Shown here piece after piece: positions 9,646 through 24,008 of a stretch of 37,124 nt of DNA. Position numbers and translations under genes: made by a program. This DNA is from Jimgerdemannia flammicorona. Lineage: Eukaryota. How positions within the stretch are numbered: position 1 is the first letter of the stretch; each line of letters begins with the position of its first letter. The notes beneath the pieces were generated by a model. The model saw only the letters and a list, made by a program, of their open reading frames with translations. It was not told where the DNA came from and did not search any database. The stretch spans positions 1 through 37,124 of the forward strand of contig RBNJ01000195.1 of the NCBI GenBank assembly GCA_003990765.1, written 5' to 3'.

Positions 9646-11269
9646 ACCTCAGTCTGAAATACAAATACCAAAGAAGCCTCTAAAGATTGAGCATTGGTCC
9701 CCTTTCCACTCCGGTCCACTTTCTGATACAAAGATTGATTGGTTCGCTTGCCAGATAAGTCTGAAGATTTGTTGCCTAAGTTCAAGGAGAACTTCGCCAC
9801 CTTTTGAGTAATCCGCCACTTAAGGAATAAGCCACCATTTTTAAGTTATCTGCATTCCCAGAGAAAGCCGCCTTGCCCAAGCCAGTTGCCGATGCAACTT
9901 CGCAGTGATCTGTTCACGTAAACGAAGCCAGTCTTTGACATAACTTTGCCAAGAGACTCTTTCTCAAAGAACGCCGCCAGTTGTTCGTATTCTCAGTTGA
10001 AGCCGCCGATTCAGGAAGAATCTGCGCTATTGTTTCCCAGTTAGAGCCTGTTGATTCAGAAAGAATCTGCATCACCCGCCATTTTTGAGTTATCTACTGT
10101 ATTCCCAGTTGAAGCCAAATCCGCGCTGTCCATCTGAGTTAGTTCCCAGTTAAGCTGCCTTTTTCAAGAAATCCACCGATTCAGGAGAATCCACATCATC
10201 TGCCATTTTCAAGTCATCCGCCATATTCCCAGTTGAAGCTGAATCCGTGCCATCGAAGTTATTCATCATTCCCAGTGAGCCCGGTACAGAAGAAACCATG
10301 CCATATATTCCCAGGGAGCCTGAGTTATTGAATTACCTGCTGCCAGTATAATTCCCAGTAAGAATAATCCATGCTATTTTCTATTCCCAAACCACTGCTT
10401 TGGAAAACCCGCACCAAATCGAGAAGTCCGCCAAAACCATCCCACCAGAAATTGCATACTTTTGGAAACCTGTCATACTATACAAGATCGTCACACAGAA
10501 ATCGCATAAGGAGAACCACTAGATTGCCAGACCGTCACGCATAAGATTGTCATGCTACACAAATTCTGCCATTCCCAGTTGACCCAAGAAGGAAACCCGT
10601 TCATACATACAAATCGCCGCTACACCCAGAGAACTGTCCCAATAAGGAAATCGCTTGCAGATCTCCAGCTTTGACTATTATACCACTAAACACCAAGGAT
10701 CTCAGGAATCTTAGAACATTTTGTTGCTTTTTGACAAAGTAACTGGGGGCTCAAGTCAAACTACATCAACCCCCAATCTTGTAATTTGCCTCTATTGAGC
10801 CAGCATGTTACACTACATATATATTATATAGATATACAAATATATATATGCAAATACATATATACAAACATACAAATATATATTAATAGATCAGTCTTTA
10901 ATAGTTTATAGTACCAATGATACTTCAAGTTAAATATTCTCAATAGTTCCATACTTTTTATATAATTCTTATTCTGAAATCTGACAATATTATACTAAGA
11001 CTAGAGATAATATTATTTGTAATTATTATAGATAAAAAATTAAAAAAAAAAAGATATATTTATGATACAACTGATACCTTTGTTTGATATATATATAATA
11101 TTATTCTACCAATCTCTTATACTATATAGCTAGAAGTTCAAAATACTTAGTGATTTAATTTTGAACATATATTAATATATAAAAGACAAATACTCTATCA
11201 AAATTAAAAAGAATATAGATATAAATAAAATCAATATCCAAACTATAGTGGGTATTTATCTGATTGCCT

Positions 11270-13500
11270 GACTATTTCTATATCAATAATCTCATTTAAT
11301 CAATAATATTTAGTTATATTCTTTAGCAAAATTTCAAAATTGAATTATTTGCTGAATTATATATATAGACTAACTATTCATAACCATTAAGAGTGATCAA
11401 TTGCAGAGTATCTTTGATATTCTCAAGCATGATTTATATCTGCCAAGTACTGATATTATTTATAAAGATATTCTGGAGGCCTATAGGAAAGAGCTTGATA
11501 ATCTTTACCAGATACTTCAGATAAAATAAATAAATAAGGACTATACTATGACCATTATAAACTAAATTATATATATATATATATATATAAAGAGCTCATC
11601 AATTTAATCTCACATTCAATAAATAGAATTTAGTAGGTAGAATTTTATTTATAATTAATATATAGATATCTCTCAATGTAATTATACTTCTAAACATTAT
11701 CAGTTATTAGATTGACCTTAATTGGTAACTTAAATCTCTTACTCTTGACTTTATCAAACTTGCTGGTCTTTATTCTAGAAAGAACATTATAGATATTTTT
11801 ATTAGTTGTATCTAAGAGCTTGAGATTACAGTTAAGATAAAAAGAGAGGACTTGTCATTAGATTGGTATTTTGAGAGAAGTTATAAAACAAACCAAATTT
11901 TAATGATTATTTATTTTCACATAAATTTATCAATAGAATATGTTAAATACAGATTTTGACTATTATAATAGATAATATCTCAAACAACTCAGCATTTTTT
12001 TCGAATTTTAGTAACCAGTCTTAAACAGGAAAATGTAATCTTAGGTATAAAAAACTACTGTATATATTATCAGGCCCATATACTAAACCTTGCTATTCAG
12101 GATTATCTTATATATATATATATAGACAAAATATCCAAAAGTGGAGAAATCCTGAGTATTGTTTTCAAGTTATATAAACTGGTTACATTGGTTCAATCAT
12201 CTCTACAATGATAAGACAAATTCACTGCACAGTATAGAACAATCAGTTTAATCCCAAAAGAGCTGATATTAGATATCTATATATATTGGAACTCAACAAT
12301 TGCAATGACCCAGCATATACTAGAGTTTGCTATGATATGTACTCTTTTTTTTGATTGGCTGAAGCAAATTATTTTAGATGACTGAGGGTTGTTAATTAAT
12401 TACAAAACGAATTTTTTTTAAAATAAAAAAAAAAAGCTGATAGATTCAATAGTTACTAGAAATATAGAGTGAGGCTATAGATGAAAGTAAGTAGGATATA
12501 CTAAGAAATGTTATTAGAGTTTTAGAAGTAAATAATAATTACTTTAGCTCTATATTTGTTTTGCCTGCCTCTATATAGTAATGTAACAATTCACCATTTT
12601 TAACTATCAGTATTTGATAATTATATATAGAATATAGTTAAAAAAACCACTCTAACAATAAGCTCTACAATACTGGTATATAATCTTTTGATTGATTGAC
12701 TAAGAGGATAAGCTTAAGAATAGACTAGAGAGTAGTAGTAATTTTCAGTTTAGCCCAGATCAGAGAGATACTGTAGAGGTTGATCTGAGCAAGCTTAGAA
12801 ATACTACTCCAAAACAGATACCACTATATACTCAATCAGTATAAATATTTTAGTTTAGTAGTTAGTTCTTCCAAAAAAAGAGAAATCTCTACAAAACTCA
12901 CTCTCTTTTCTCAGAACAGTATTGGATCTATACTTAAAGCTACAAATTATAAAGATCAGAGCTGAGAGGAGTACTACATTAAGGAGACCAAATAAGTTAT
13001 AATCAAAATATACTAAATAAACTATATACTATTATAAGATTCTGACTAAAGTCCAGATGAATATGCTGAAGGATCTCTTTTATTATATATTTACTTTAGC
13101 AGAAAGAGAAAAAGAGAGCCATCAGTAGAAGAACTGCTATCAATAGACAAACTCACTATTTACCTCACTAGTAATTATATAATCTTGCTAGAGAGTATAT
13201 AGATGCTCAACAGATAGAAGATAGATTGTCTTCCTATAGATAGTTGATAGGGTTGAGCCAATTTTAACTATCATTTTAACCACCATTCTACTCTCTGGGG
13301 CATATAGTCACAGATGTATCAAACAGACTTCCCCAGCCTATATGGTATAGCTTAGAATTATCTAGCCATTCTTACTACTAGTACTTCAGTTAAGTAGATA
13401 TTCTCTAATAAAGATAAATCTTATTTTCCTAAGAGATATATACTGAATACTAAGGTAATCTGGGCTTACATATTCCTAAAGTCTTGGTTGAGCATGGGCT
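11270..13500 (+). pseudogene. Degenerate hAT transposase, copy 1 (intron-containing)
   Basis: Decayed motifs in order: LPSTDII, GLYSRKNI (H-S/T-G-xNI), IIIDNISNN, QAHILNLAIQ, LDIYIYWNST (DVxTRWNST), LDL/P, FPSL..A*NYLAILTTSTSVK*IFS (hAT dimerisation domain). Confidence 0.85.
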
Positions 13501-13835
13501 GCTAAAATTGGACAAGTTCTGTAGTATTAAATAAATAAATAAATAAATAAAAATAAAAATAAAAGTTCAGCCCAGGATATAAGGTGGTAGACAAGAGAGT
13601 ATACCAGAGTTTGAAGTCTCTCACCAGCTGCAGAGGGCTATCTTGAGTAGCCTGAATAGAGCCAGAGGATAGTGAAGTTGATGGAGAGAGTGTATAAAAT
13701 TTGCAGTCCTCCATCAGTAGCAAGGAGCAATCCCAAGCTATCAGTTGGTGAGAAAGTCCAAATTGGAGAGAGCATGCAGAATTTGTAGCCCAATGACCCA
13801 CAGCAAGAAGTAACTTCAAATAGTCAGAATCTAGC

Positions 13836-13910
13836 ATAGATTAAACTTTAGTATAGATTAGACTCTTGGTATATATTGGACTCTAATATAGATTTGGACC
13901 CTACAGATAT
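13836..13910. repeat. Imperfect 17-18 bp tandem repeat x4 (TATAGATTGGACTCT..), possible hAT subterminal repeats
   Basis: catagattaaactttag tatagattagactcttgg tatatattggactctaa tatagatttggaccctac; lies 3' of the transposase. Confidence 0.45.
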
Positions 13911-16029
13911 CTTGGCTCTGTACTATAGCACTATATCAGCAGTACTATAGAGTAAAAGTTAAGAGACCAGTTGAGCCTAGTAAAAAGCTAAACTAGTACT
14001 ATAAAAAGAGACCTGACTGCCTGCCTAACCTTTATAAAAGACTGCCTAACTCTCACAAAACTGCTCCACCCACTGGTCTCAGGTCTTAATAAGTCTATTA
14101 TCCATTGTAAATATGATAACTATAGTGTTTGAGCTCTCCTTGAAGGTGACAGTACTATGGAGATTGTGTGCTTAGAATAAAATAGCTATATTGACTATAA
14201 ATAGAACATCAAAACTATAAGTAAGATTATACCAGATACTACTACTGTTCTCTCAAGTTGGGCTCTTTCTTTCTAAAATATAAAATATTACTAAAGTGAC
14301 ATTGTTATCTATATGTGTAGGTAGAAAAATATTATACCTAATGTACTCTGATGTAATATAAGCATATAGTTGGGTAAACTCTTGGCCTAGGACTTTATAT
14401 TACCAGACAATATTGGAGAATACCTAACCTTCATCAAGCTCTAAGAGCCCTGGCTTAGAAATCTATAAAATAGACAGTATCTAGCCAAATCTTATCTTTT
14501 CACATACAGAGAACAGAAACTCTCAAGTTATATAAAAAAAAAAGTCAAGTCCTCTCACCTTATACAGTATACTAAATTGTGCCAAGAATGTATATATAGT
14601 CATACTAAGAGTACAGAATCTTATATATTCTTAGAAATTTAACAAGTATAGATTAGTAAAGAAAATCTTGAAAGAGAGAAGATAAATGTGGAGAATTTCA
14701 GGAAAACTCCAGAGAACCCACCCTTTGCCAATATTGCAGTATACCTAATTCCCATTCAAACCCTCCCCTTCTTGCTTTTTATATCTCTTATTTCTTACCA
14801 CTTAGTATTTTATACAATCCTCATAGTTGATAGCAATAAAGCTTATTACTATAGAGATTTCTTATTACCATTACAACTATCTCTCCATGATCATTAATAA
14901 TGATATAGTTCTCTTTGTCATTATATACTCCAGCAGACCAATAGGCTTCTTGATTGAGGATAATTGGCTCTGATTTGAATATAAATCTCAAGTCTTAATA
15001 GTAATACTGATATTGCTTATACTGAATAACTTGCTATTAAACTTCTCTATTTGATCAGATATTAGATATAATCAAACTTGAGTAACTTTAAACTCTTCTC
15101 TACAGTAGAACTGAGTCTTGATCTGAGTAGTGAGCTGAGTTAAGTATATAGATAGATTATATATGAATATTATATAGGAATTTTTAGAGAAGAATATATA
15201 AAAATAAAGTTAAATAAAATATAGAGTAAGTATTCAGAAAAGAGTATGAGAAAGAGTTACATATAGATAAGTTGCAAGATTGCTCATGAAGACTTTCTTC
15301 TGATCCTTTTGAGATCTCTATCATATGATATATTGACTCAACAGCTCAGCCACTAAAGATATACCTCATAATGTTCTCTAGTCTTTCTTCAACTTAATCA
15401 GATATTGTTAATAAAGTTGGCAGATCTCACTATAGAGCTGTAGACCCTAAGAAAAAGAGAAAGTATGAAATAAATTTGATCATGCTATTGTAGTAGCAAA
15501 ATGTAATCTATATCTACTATTAGCTATTCTAAAAAGGCTACTGTATATATAGCTGTGAGATCTATGAATTCCAAGATCCAAAGGATTGCTATAAGTTATT
15601 GCTAGAATTCTCTCATCTTTGTCATTACTATTACCATTACTACTGCCACTTTGGCTCTCAATGAGAAGCTTGTATACTATCTATATGAAAAGAATTTAAC
15701 ATTATTAGTAGAGAGTACTTTTCTATCTTAAATATTCTCTCTTTTAATAATTATGAAATAGATAAAAAAAATGAGTAGACCAATATACAATTAAGGACTG
15801 CTATTTATTTGTTTATAATATAGCAAGAGAAATAAAAAGAAGTATTAGAGAACAAAGAAAGGGTAATGTTACTAAAGATTTTAAATAATCCAGATCAGTC
15901 TGGATCAATCTGGATCAGATTATAGGACCAATATAAATTAATTTGAATCCATCACATGATGAATCTAAATTGAATCTCATCTGGATAAATTGTATTCATT
16001 TAGAATACTATTTGAAATAAATTATAGAT

Positions 16030-17450
16030 ACTAGCTATTATAATAGATAATACTACAAATAATACTATATTTTTCCACAGTTTGATAATAAAGCTTTATT
16101 TAGAGAATATGACCTTTAATGCTAAAAATAGCTATATATGATATCAGACCCATATTATGAACCTTACTATATAGGAGTATCTCATATTTATTAATTATAA
16201 TAAATTACTTAAAGATATAATTACCAAGTTATGAAAATTGATTAGATTGATTAAATCTTCACTATAGTATTGAGATAAGTTTGCTATATAGTATAAAGTA
16301 AATAATGTAAAACTGAAAGAATTAGTGCTGGATATCTATATATAGTAGAATTTAAATGATATAATGATTAAATAAGTATTAGAACTAATAATTATAAGTT
16401 TTTGAAAATTACTAATATGTATTATATATTTAACTGATATATATTGACTTACTTACTCAACTATAGATCAAGTCAATAGATTTCATAGTTGCTACTGATA
16501 AAGAACTAAGAGATGATGTGATTAAAGAAGATAAATGAAAAATATTAAGAGAAATTGTATAAATCTTAAAGATAGATATTAGGTTGATAAGTATTGCTCA
16601 GCTTATATCTATAGATATTTAAAGACTATATCAGGACCATGGTCTGCCAGCTATACTCAATAATGAGTACTATAATTCTAGTCTATAACTATCTAATAGA
16701 CCAATTTGAAGACAGGATGGATAAATTATCTAAAGATCAGAAAGATACTATAAAAAATATTATACAAAAACAGACAACCTTGTTTACTTAGTCAGTATAG
16801 ATGAGTCTTTTTTTTAAAGTATCTCAGCTAAAATAAAAAATATAATAGTAGCATAGTAGAAACTTACTACTTTTTTTTTCATTTTCTCTACAGTACTTGA
16901 CCCATGTTTGAAGCTGCAGTATTATAAATAATATAGATAGGAATAATATTACATTAGAGAGACTGAGTAGACTATTGCAGATATATATCAAAAATACTAT
17001 ATATTTCTACTAGATTTGGATTAATAGTAAGATAGCTGTATTAGTAATTCTCTAATATTACATATTTATGATAAAAAAAGAAAGAGAGATACCTAATAGA
17101 TGAGCTCATAGTATATCTGTCCAGTGAATGAGCTATCTTATAAATAGACTCAGAATTATTAGAGTTGTAAAAGATATGCTCAGTCCAAATTTATATCAGT
17201 CTTTTGTATATTTTACTTATCAAATATTTTGATAAACTCAAATTACTGTTTCTGGAGCAAAGGCACACCAGTCAGACTATCTAAACTTATACTATATAAT
17301 ATGAGATTATCTGGCTATTTCTGCTATAAGTACTCTAGTCAAAAGGGTATTTTCCAGTAGTAAAATCCTTATTTTACCAAAAAGATATATACTGGGAGGG
17401 GTGATAATTTGAGCTTATATATGTCTAATATCTTAGTAGAATAGTAGAGG
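16030..17450 (+). pseudogene. Degenerate hAT transposase, copy 2 (5' part missing)
   Basis: IIIDNTTNN, QTHIMNL, ELVLDIYI**N, LDPCLKLQYY, DYLAISAISTLVKRVFSS; same motif order and intron positions as copy 1. Confidence 0.83.
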
Positions 17451-17867
17451 ATCAGAGAGCTTGGAAGATTATAGTTTAGACTGTTTGAGAGAATTAGACA
17501 TTAGTGTGGGAAATAGCAGATATTAGTAAGATAAATGTAAGTTTTCAAGAAAATATAAATTAAAAATAAACTTTAAATGAAAAAGAATTTTTCTGGGCCA
17601 GAGAGACCTGGGAGTATACAGAATTTATAACTCAGGCCCCCTTTACAGTAAAGAGTAACTCTATACTGCTATATTAGAAAAGATATATTCTGCATAAATA
17701 TATTTTGAAGTAAGGAAGTGTATGAAATTTACAGCTCTCACTTTATTTCTACATACTGCTTAAGTTCAGATTCTACATGCTCATATTTATTTTCAGTATA
17801 TTGGCTAGTACAATAACTCTTAAATCATTAATATAATTCTCTATAAGTATATAAGATATATATATAA

Positions 17868-19039
17868 TATAACATATCTAGCTCAATAGAGACAAATTAT
17901 AAGATTGAAAGTTGATATAGTTTGGCTTGAGCCCACAGTTACTTTGTTAAAAAGCAATAAAATATTCTTAGTATTTAGTAGTATAATGGTCAAAGCTGAA
18001 TATTTGCAAGTAATTTCCTTATTAGGTAATGATCTTATATAGCACAGTGGATTTCTTATATACATATAACAGTCTGGTGATTTGGCAGTTTTTCTTCTTA
18101 AATGACAATCTCTAAAAGTATGCAATTTCTGATAGATAACTCAATTTGGCACAGATTCTCCTGAATTGGATTCTTCCTGAATCAGCTCTTCTGAAAATAG
18201 CAGATAGTATAGATTCTTCTAAATTGGGCTCACTGAGAATGGATGTATAACTTGAGTAGTGAATAATTCAGATAACTTAGTTTGGTATAAATTCTCTTGA
18301 ATTGACAGATTTCTGGAAAATAACTCAGATAGCGGATAATTTAAATAACTCAAGTATAGATAATCCAGTAGCTTAGATGCAGATTTTTGATAAGTTATAT
18401 CAAGACTGGCTTTATTTACATAGAATTATATCATAGACTGACTTTACTACAAAGTTACATCAGAAGACTGGCTTATGGTAAGGTTTCTTAAAGAGGGCTT
18501 TCTGGAAATAGCAGATAACTTAAAAACAGAATATTAGCTAGGGGAGTACAAGGTACTTGGTGATTTTTGGTTAGCAGTTGGGAATAGATTGGGTGCTATA
18601 TATAGGGGGGATGGTAAGCAGGGTCAATGGGAGAATCTGAGGAATAGATTGGTAGAGGGGGTGGAGAATGAGTGGCTGACTTTGAGTTAGATATTGGCAG
18701 TATGGATGAGACTAGCGGGTTACTGATTGTTAGTTTTTGAGGAAGGAAAGTATTTGAGTCTAAGAGAGTAGTTGTTGAGGTGAGAAGGGTTGATGGAGGA
18801 TATCTTGACAGGCTGGTGGCTGGGATAGAGTCTGCAGAGAGGTTGGTGGCACTATTTAATGGAGAAAATTTGTGGGTAGAGTGAGGGGAAAGTTAGAGTA
18901 GTGGGTGATAAGGTGGTTTTCAAGTATGAGAGTATAAGGGGGGGGGGGCTCCCTAGGGGTATTGGGTAGTAGGAGGGAATACTATAATGTAATTATATGT
19001 AATAGATTGGTAATAAATAGTAAAGTCCAAGAAACTATA

Positions 19040-19075
<36 letters not shown>

Positions 19076-19605
19076 TCAAAAACAGCAGACTTCTCAAAAA
19101 TAGCAGCTCTTCCTTAAGCAGCAGATTTTATATAAATGGTGACTTATTCTTTAAGTAGTGGATTTCTCTTTAATTCTTTACTCAAACTTTAGTAGTAAAA
19201 TACTTAGATTCTTCAGACTTATTTGGCAAGTGTACTAATTAATCTTTATATCAGAAAGTGGACCAGAGTAGAAAGAGAATACTGTTACTTTATATTTAAT
19301 TTCAGACTGAGGTTTATTTACTCTTATTTCTGGGGTATTTTATATAAGTTAGTTGCTACCCAGTTGCTATGTAGCTAATTATAGAAGGCTATTTATGACA
19401 GGTGTTTTTGGTTTTATATAAGTGTTCAGGTCTTATACAAGTGTTCAGATCCTATACAGATACTCTTTCTAGTATATCTGGCTAATTATATAAGTTGTCA
19501 TGACAAAGTAGTCCTAGCTATCCAGATATGTTTGGCTGTCTTTTTATATATCTATTATAATATACAGTTATAGTGTTTTTAGTACAATTTCTGCTGCTTA
19601 TTACA
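17868..19605 (-). repeat. 3' LTR of Gypsy-A copy 2, interrupted by LINE fragment
   Basis: Starts TGTAAT at 19605; ends matching ...TCTATTGAGC..TGTTA(C/T)A at ~17868. Confidence 0.85.
18530..19070 (+). mobile_element. 5'-truncated LINE 3' end with (TAA)n tail and 15-bp TSD
   Basis: Matches ~36623-37124; TSD ATAACT(T/C)AAAAACAG at 18515-18529 and 19071-19085. Confidence 0.92.
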
Positions 19606-22600
19606 TCAGCTCCCACTAAAAGATAGTCTGCCCCCAGACTGTCCTTTAGTCATCATTCCAATATGCATAAGTATCTTCAGTATTAATATCTGAAACATTA
19701 TCCTCATTAGTATCTGAGTCACTCTACTCTATGAGTTCTTCTTCTTTCTCTGGGAATAGGATTCAATATGGTTGATAATACTAAGATAGGTGGCTAGATT
19801 CATCTCTTGTATATCATACAGAGAGAACTATGCATATATCAATACTGTAATATTTTGTTTATAGATAGTATATAGTCTGTCAGCAGTAGTGGTATTTCTT
19901 TATATCAGATCTGTAGTATTCCTGATATAGGTCTGTTCTGAAGCTGGGAGGTTTTATAACTATTCACCAATTGCATAGTAGGCCTATAGCTAGTGGACTT
20001 GTAAGAGACATCTAGCTAAGGTGAGATTCTCTTAATGAATCTGAATTCACTAGAGAGAGTTTCTATTGGCTAGGCAGAATTGGGGTAGGGGAATTGAAAG
20101 TGACTGGAATGAACTGAGGATAAGAGTCTGGAGATACTAGTTAATCCTCTGATTTGAGGTGATTGATATATACTAGTGTCTTTAGGGTTCATCTATCCAG
20201 ACTTCTTAAATAGATACTTGTTTCTCTGATATTATATATAAGGTAAGATCCTTTCCATTTGGGCTTCAGTTTGGTGACAAAGTTTGTTTTGATCATACTT
20301 CTCCAAACTGTACTTGATCTCCAATCTTGAGCTTCTGATCTTTCTACTTCTGATCATAGTACTTCTTTTGCCTTTCTTGAGTCTTGATAATTTGAACTCA
20401 GGCTTGATTACATAATTGTTCTGCCTTCTTAAGAAGGCCTCTGAGGTTCTTATGATCAGTAGTTTTAGTTCTCTTAGTAAACATTATTTCAAAGAACTTT
20501 TGTTTGGTAGAGACTGTAGGAGTGTTCTGAATTTCCCATAGGATCTCAGGTAAGTAGAGGTCCTAGTTGGTTGGGTTGACTCAGATAAGTTCTTTCTTGA
20601 TAGTCTGGTTCATTCTTTCTATTATACTATTGGTCTGAAGATTATATGATAGGTCTATTTGAGATAGATCTTATAGATTCAGATATAACTTATGATTATA
20701 TTATTGATGAATTCTGAGTCTTGGTCAGAGATAAGTTCTTTTAGGTGTCCATATCTGAGTGTAAGTCTATGGAGAAGACTTACAATGGTCAAGACATCTG
20801 TAATTTTCATTGGGAAAGTCTTGGGCCACTTGGTCAGATATTCTACAAATACAAGGATATACTTATTTCTTCTTAGTATAAATAGTAGAGGTCCAATTAT
20901 ATCTACTCTCCATCTCTGAAAGATGTTATCTAGTGGTATGATTAGTTGTAGTGGTGCTTGGTAGTTCTTTCTTCCTTGATACTTCTGGCAGGTGTTATAT
21001 TTCTTAAGTATGTTCTGGACTTATATTCTGAGATTGGGCCAATATTAGTATATTTTTCACAGCTTTTCTACTATATTCACTTATCCTTGATAAGCTTTCT
21101 GATATTCTTTTCAAATGAGATCTTCTTATTCCTTAATGGTCTGGAGAACTTCTTTTAGGGTATAGTTCCTTAGTATATCCTTCTTCTAATTCATTGGAGT
21201 TGGTGGGAAAGTATATTAACAATATTATAAGCTTTCTTTACTTTATAGATAATGGTGATTTTATAATCCTAGAGGATAAGAATCCAGTGGGCTAGGATTC
21301 TAGTAGGTTTTTTATAGTTGAATAGCTATTTGAGGGCTACATGATCAGTTATCAGAGTAAATCTTTTTCAAATAAGGTAATGCTTGAACAGAGTGACTGT
21401 CTATATGATTGTAAGATATTCCAATTTAGTGCTACCATAGTTCATCTGCTGCTGATTAGTAGCTTAGCTTGTATAAGCTATCATATAGTATTGTTAGTCA
21501 GGTCCTTCTTGGGCTAGAACTGCTCCCTGGTTATCTTTGAAGGCATCTGTATATAAGATGAATGGCTTCTGTAGATTGGGGCAGACAAGAATTGGTGCTG
21601 TGATCATGCAGTACTTGAGTTTCTTGAAGATTAGTTCTTGTAATTCCATCTATTTATAAGGTACTTCTTTCTTGAGAAGAGTTCAAATTGGGGAAGTGAT
21701 TTGGGTAAAGTCCTTGATAAATCTTCTATAGTAGGACACTAGTATCAGGAATGATAGTATTTTCTTTAGGGTCTTGGGTACTGGCCAATTGTTGATCTTC
21801 TTGATTTTTTTTAGATCTATATGAGTTCCTTTTTTTGAAACTATGAATTTAAGAAATTTAAGTTTCTGTTTCTCAAAGTAGCATTTCTTGGCATTGAGTC
21901 TCAAGTAGTTCTTATAGGTAAGCTTGAAGAATTCCTCTAGATAATATAGGTGTTCCTCAAAATTTACTGAATAGATATTGGAATTATCTATGTATACAAT
22001 TAGACAGTAGTGGATCAGAGGGGTATAGACTAAATTTATCATTTTCTAGAAGATGGGAGGTATATTGCAGAGTCCAAAGAGCATTCAGAGATATTCAAAT
22101 AGTTTTCCTAGAGTAAGAAAGGCTGTCTTCTGAATGTCTTTTAGGTCCATGGGGATTTTATAAAATCCTGCAAAAAGGTCCATACTGCTGAAGTAACTGG
22201 CATCTTGTAACTGATTCAAAAGGTTACCAATTCTGAACAAGAATAGGCATCCTTTTCAGTTACTGAATTGAGTTTTTTATAGTCTACACAGAGTCCCAAT
22301 CCTCCTTTCTTTGGTACAATAAGTATAGGGCTGGCCCAAGGACTGGTAGAGGGTTAGATGACTCTATTGTCCAAAAGTTTCTGAATGTACTCCTTTTCAA
22401 ATATCTTTAAGTGATGGAGTATTCTATTGGATCTCTGCTAGATGGGTGTTATATTTCCTATATTTATACTGTGATGGTATGATGGATTGTATAGTAGGTT
22501 GCTATAATTAGTAGTAAAGATATCTTGATATTTGTTGAGGAGTTCTACTAGTTGTTGCTATTACTGGGGTATCAATTCTTCTCTAATGTTAGTGAAAGGC

Positions 22601-24008
22601 TTCACTGTTTCCTGGGTTACAGAGGGGCCTTTCCTTTCTTCTGAGACCTTTTGCCATTTTCTGATAAGTTTAGTTCATAAACTTCTCTATGAGTTCAGTT
22701 AAGAATAGGCACCAGATATCCTATGATGCTTCTTTTTGACAAGATGATGTTTTCTCAGCTCTGGTTGGTTGCTTGAGAGTGCACTGAGTTCATCTTGTCA
22801 GGAAATGTATATCTTTCAATATCTAAATTCAGGATGTCTTCATTGAGTTTAAAGAAGAGATTTCTGGGATCAGGTGGTGCAAAGATTTCAAAGGTGGTTT
22901 GCTCTCTAGGCTCCAAGATGAGATTTTTATATAGTTTGACTTATTGGTAGTATACTTGCTGGGGAACATTTCTCTTAAGGTGATTGACCTGAAGGAGATA
23001 TACTTCTTTCTTATCTGAGCTTCCAAATCCTTCAGCTTGTCTTATTTCTTCAGTCAGTTTGGAGACTTCTTGTAATTATGGAGTCTTGACCTTCATGAAG
23101 ACTGCTTGAGCAATCTTTTGTTCTCTAATAATTTAGTGTCATTCTATACTATTATTGAGCAGGATGATCTTGATTTTGCCTATATATCCTGGATCAATAG
23201 TTCCTCCTTCTATAGTTATTTCTTGTCTGACAAGCCCAGACCTTAAGGTCAGTTGAATATAAGTTTCTTAGGGTGGCTACATAGTTAGTCTAGTTCTGAA
23301 TATCAGTGTTTTTCCAGGTTTGATAGATTCATCCTCCAGACTATAGAGGTCATACTCTATATCTTCTTGGTGAGCTTTGGTTGGGGGTCTGGCCTTGGGA
23401 TGTAGCAGGACATACTGGGCAATATCTTTGCTGAGTTCAGGCTATCCTTGGGCTGAAGCTCTACTGGCAAAAAGTCTTCCAGCTCTGAGGTTGAGGTACA
23501 GTTATCTGGCTCTAATAGAGAGATCTCAGAGATAGTTGATTCCTCTTTTTTCTGTTGAGTCTAGGGCTTCCATGAAGTTGGTGGCATCCTCTATCTATTC
23601 TTGGCAGATTGTATGTCTGATGAGAGCTAGAATGTCTTCTTCTAAATTGTAGATCTTGAGGGTCCTTCTTCTTAGTTTCTTGGTCTGGCTTTTTTGAATA
23701 TGGCCTCTATTATCTCCTCTCTTCAAGGTGTAAATTGCAACATCCTGGCTGAGATGAATTTTCTAGTATCTACAATCTTGGTAGTCTGGATATCTTCTAT
23801 AGTTGCAATATTCCATTGCTTGAAAATACTGTTTCTGGTTATTGATCTTTTGTTGTCTTAGAAATTAGTATTCATCTTAGTTATGTATAAGTTAGAGGAA
23901 AGGTGGCCAAGTAATATACTTCTTGACTTTCTCTGGTAATATTCAGGTTATATAACCTTTTGGCAATACTTACAACACAGTTCTTAAAGAAAAGCTACTA
24001 GTATTATA

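Larger units (their letters stand above)
822..10812 (+). mobile_element. Ty3/Gypsy LTR retrotransposon 'Gypsy-A' copy 1, near complete, inactivated by point mutations
   Basis: Direct LTRs, PBS, PPT, domain order gag-PR-dUTPase-RT-RH-IN. Confidence 0.97.
9279..10812 (+). repeat. 3' LTR of Gypsy-A (~1.53 kb)
   Basis: TGTAACA...TGTTACA terminal inverted repeat; 3' part matches 822-1660. Confidence 0.95.
17868..23885 (-). mobile_element. Gypsy-A copy 2 (older/diverged; 3' LTR + ORF4, IN, RT-RH, dUTPase; cut at ~23885 by the LINE)
   Basis: Reverse complement is colinear with 4957-9278 of copy 1; ORF 21683-22042 nearly matches the copy-1 RT; PPT and TGTAA LTR start at 19605. Confidence 0.93.

Noticed and set aside
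10813..10890. TA-rich flanks of both Gypsy-A LTR ends as target preference
   Set aside because: TpA richness is expected from local decay; only two sites.
13502..13837. 111-aa minus ORF as host gene
   Set aside because: No domain, runs into a (TTTA)n microsatellite.
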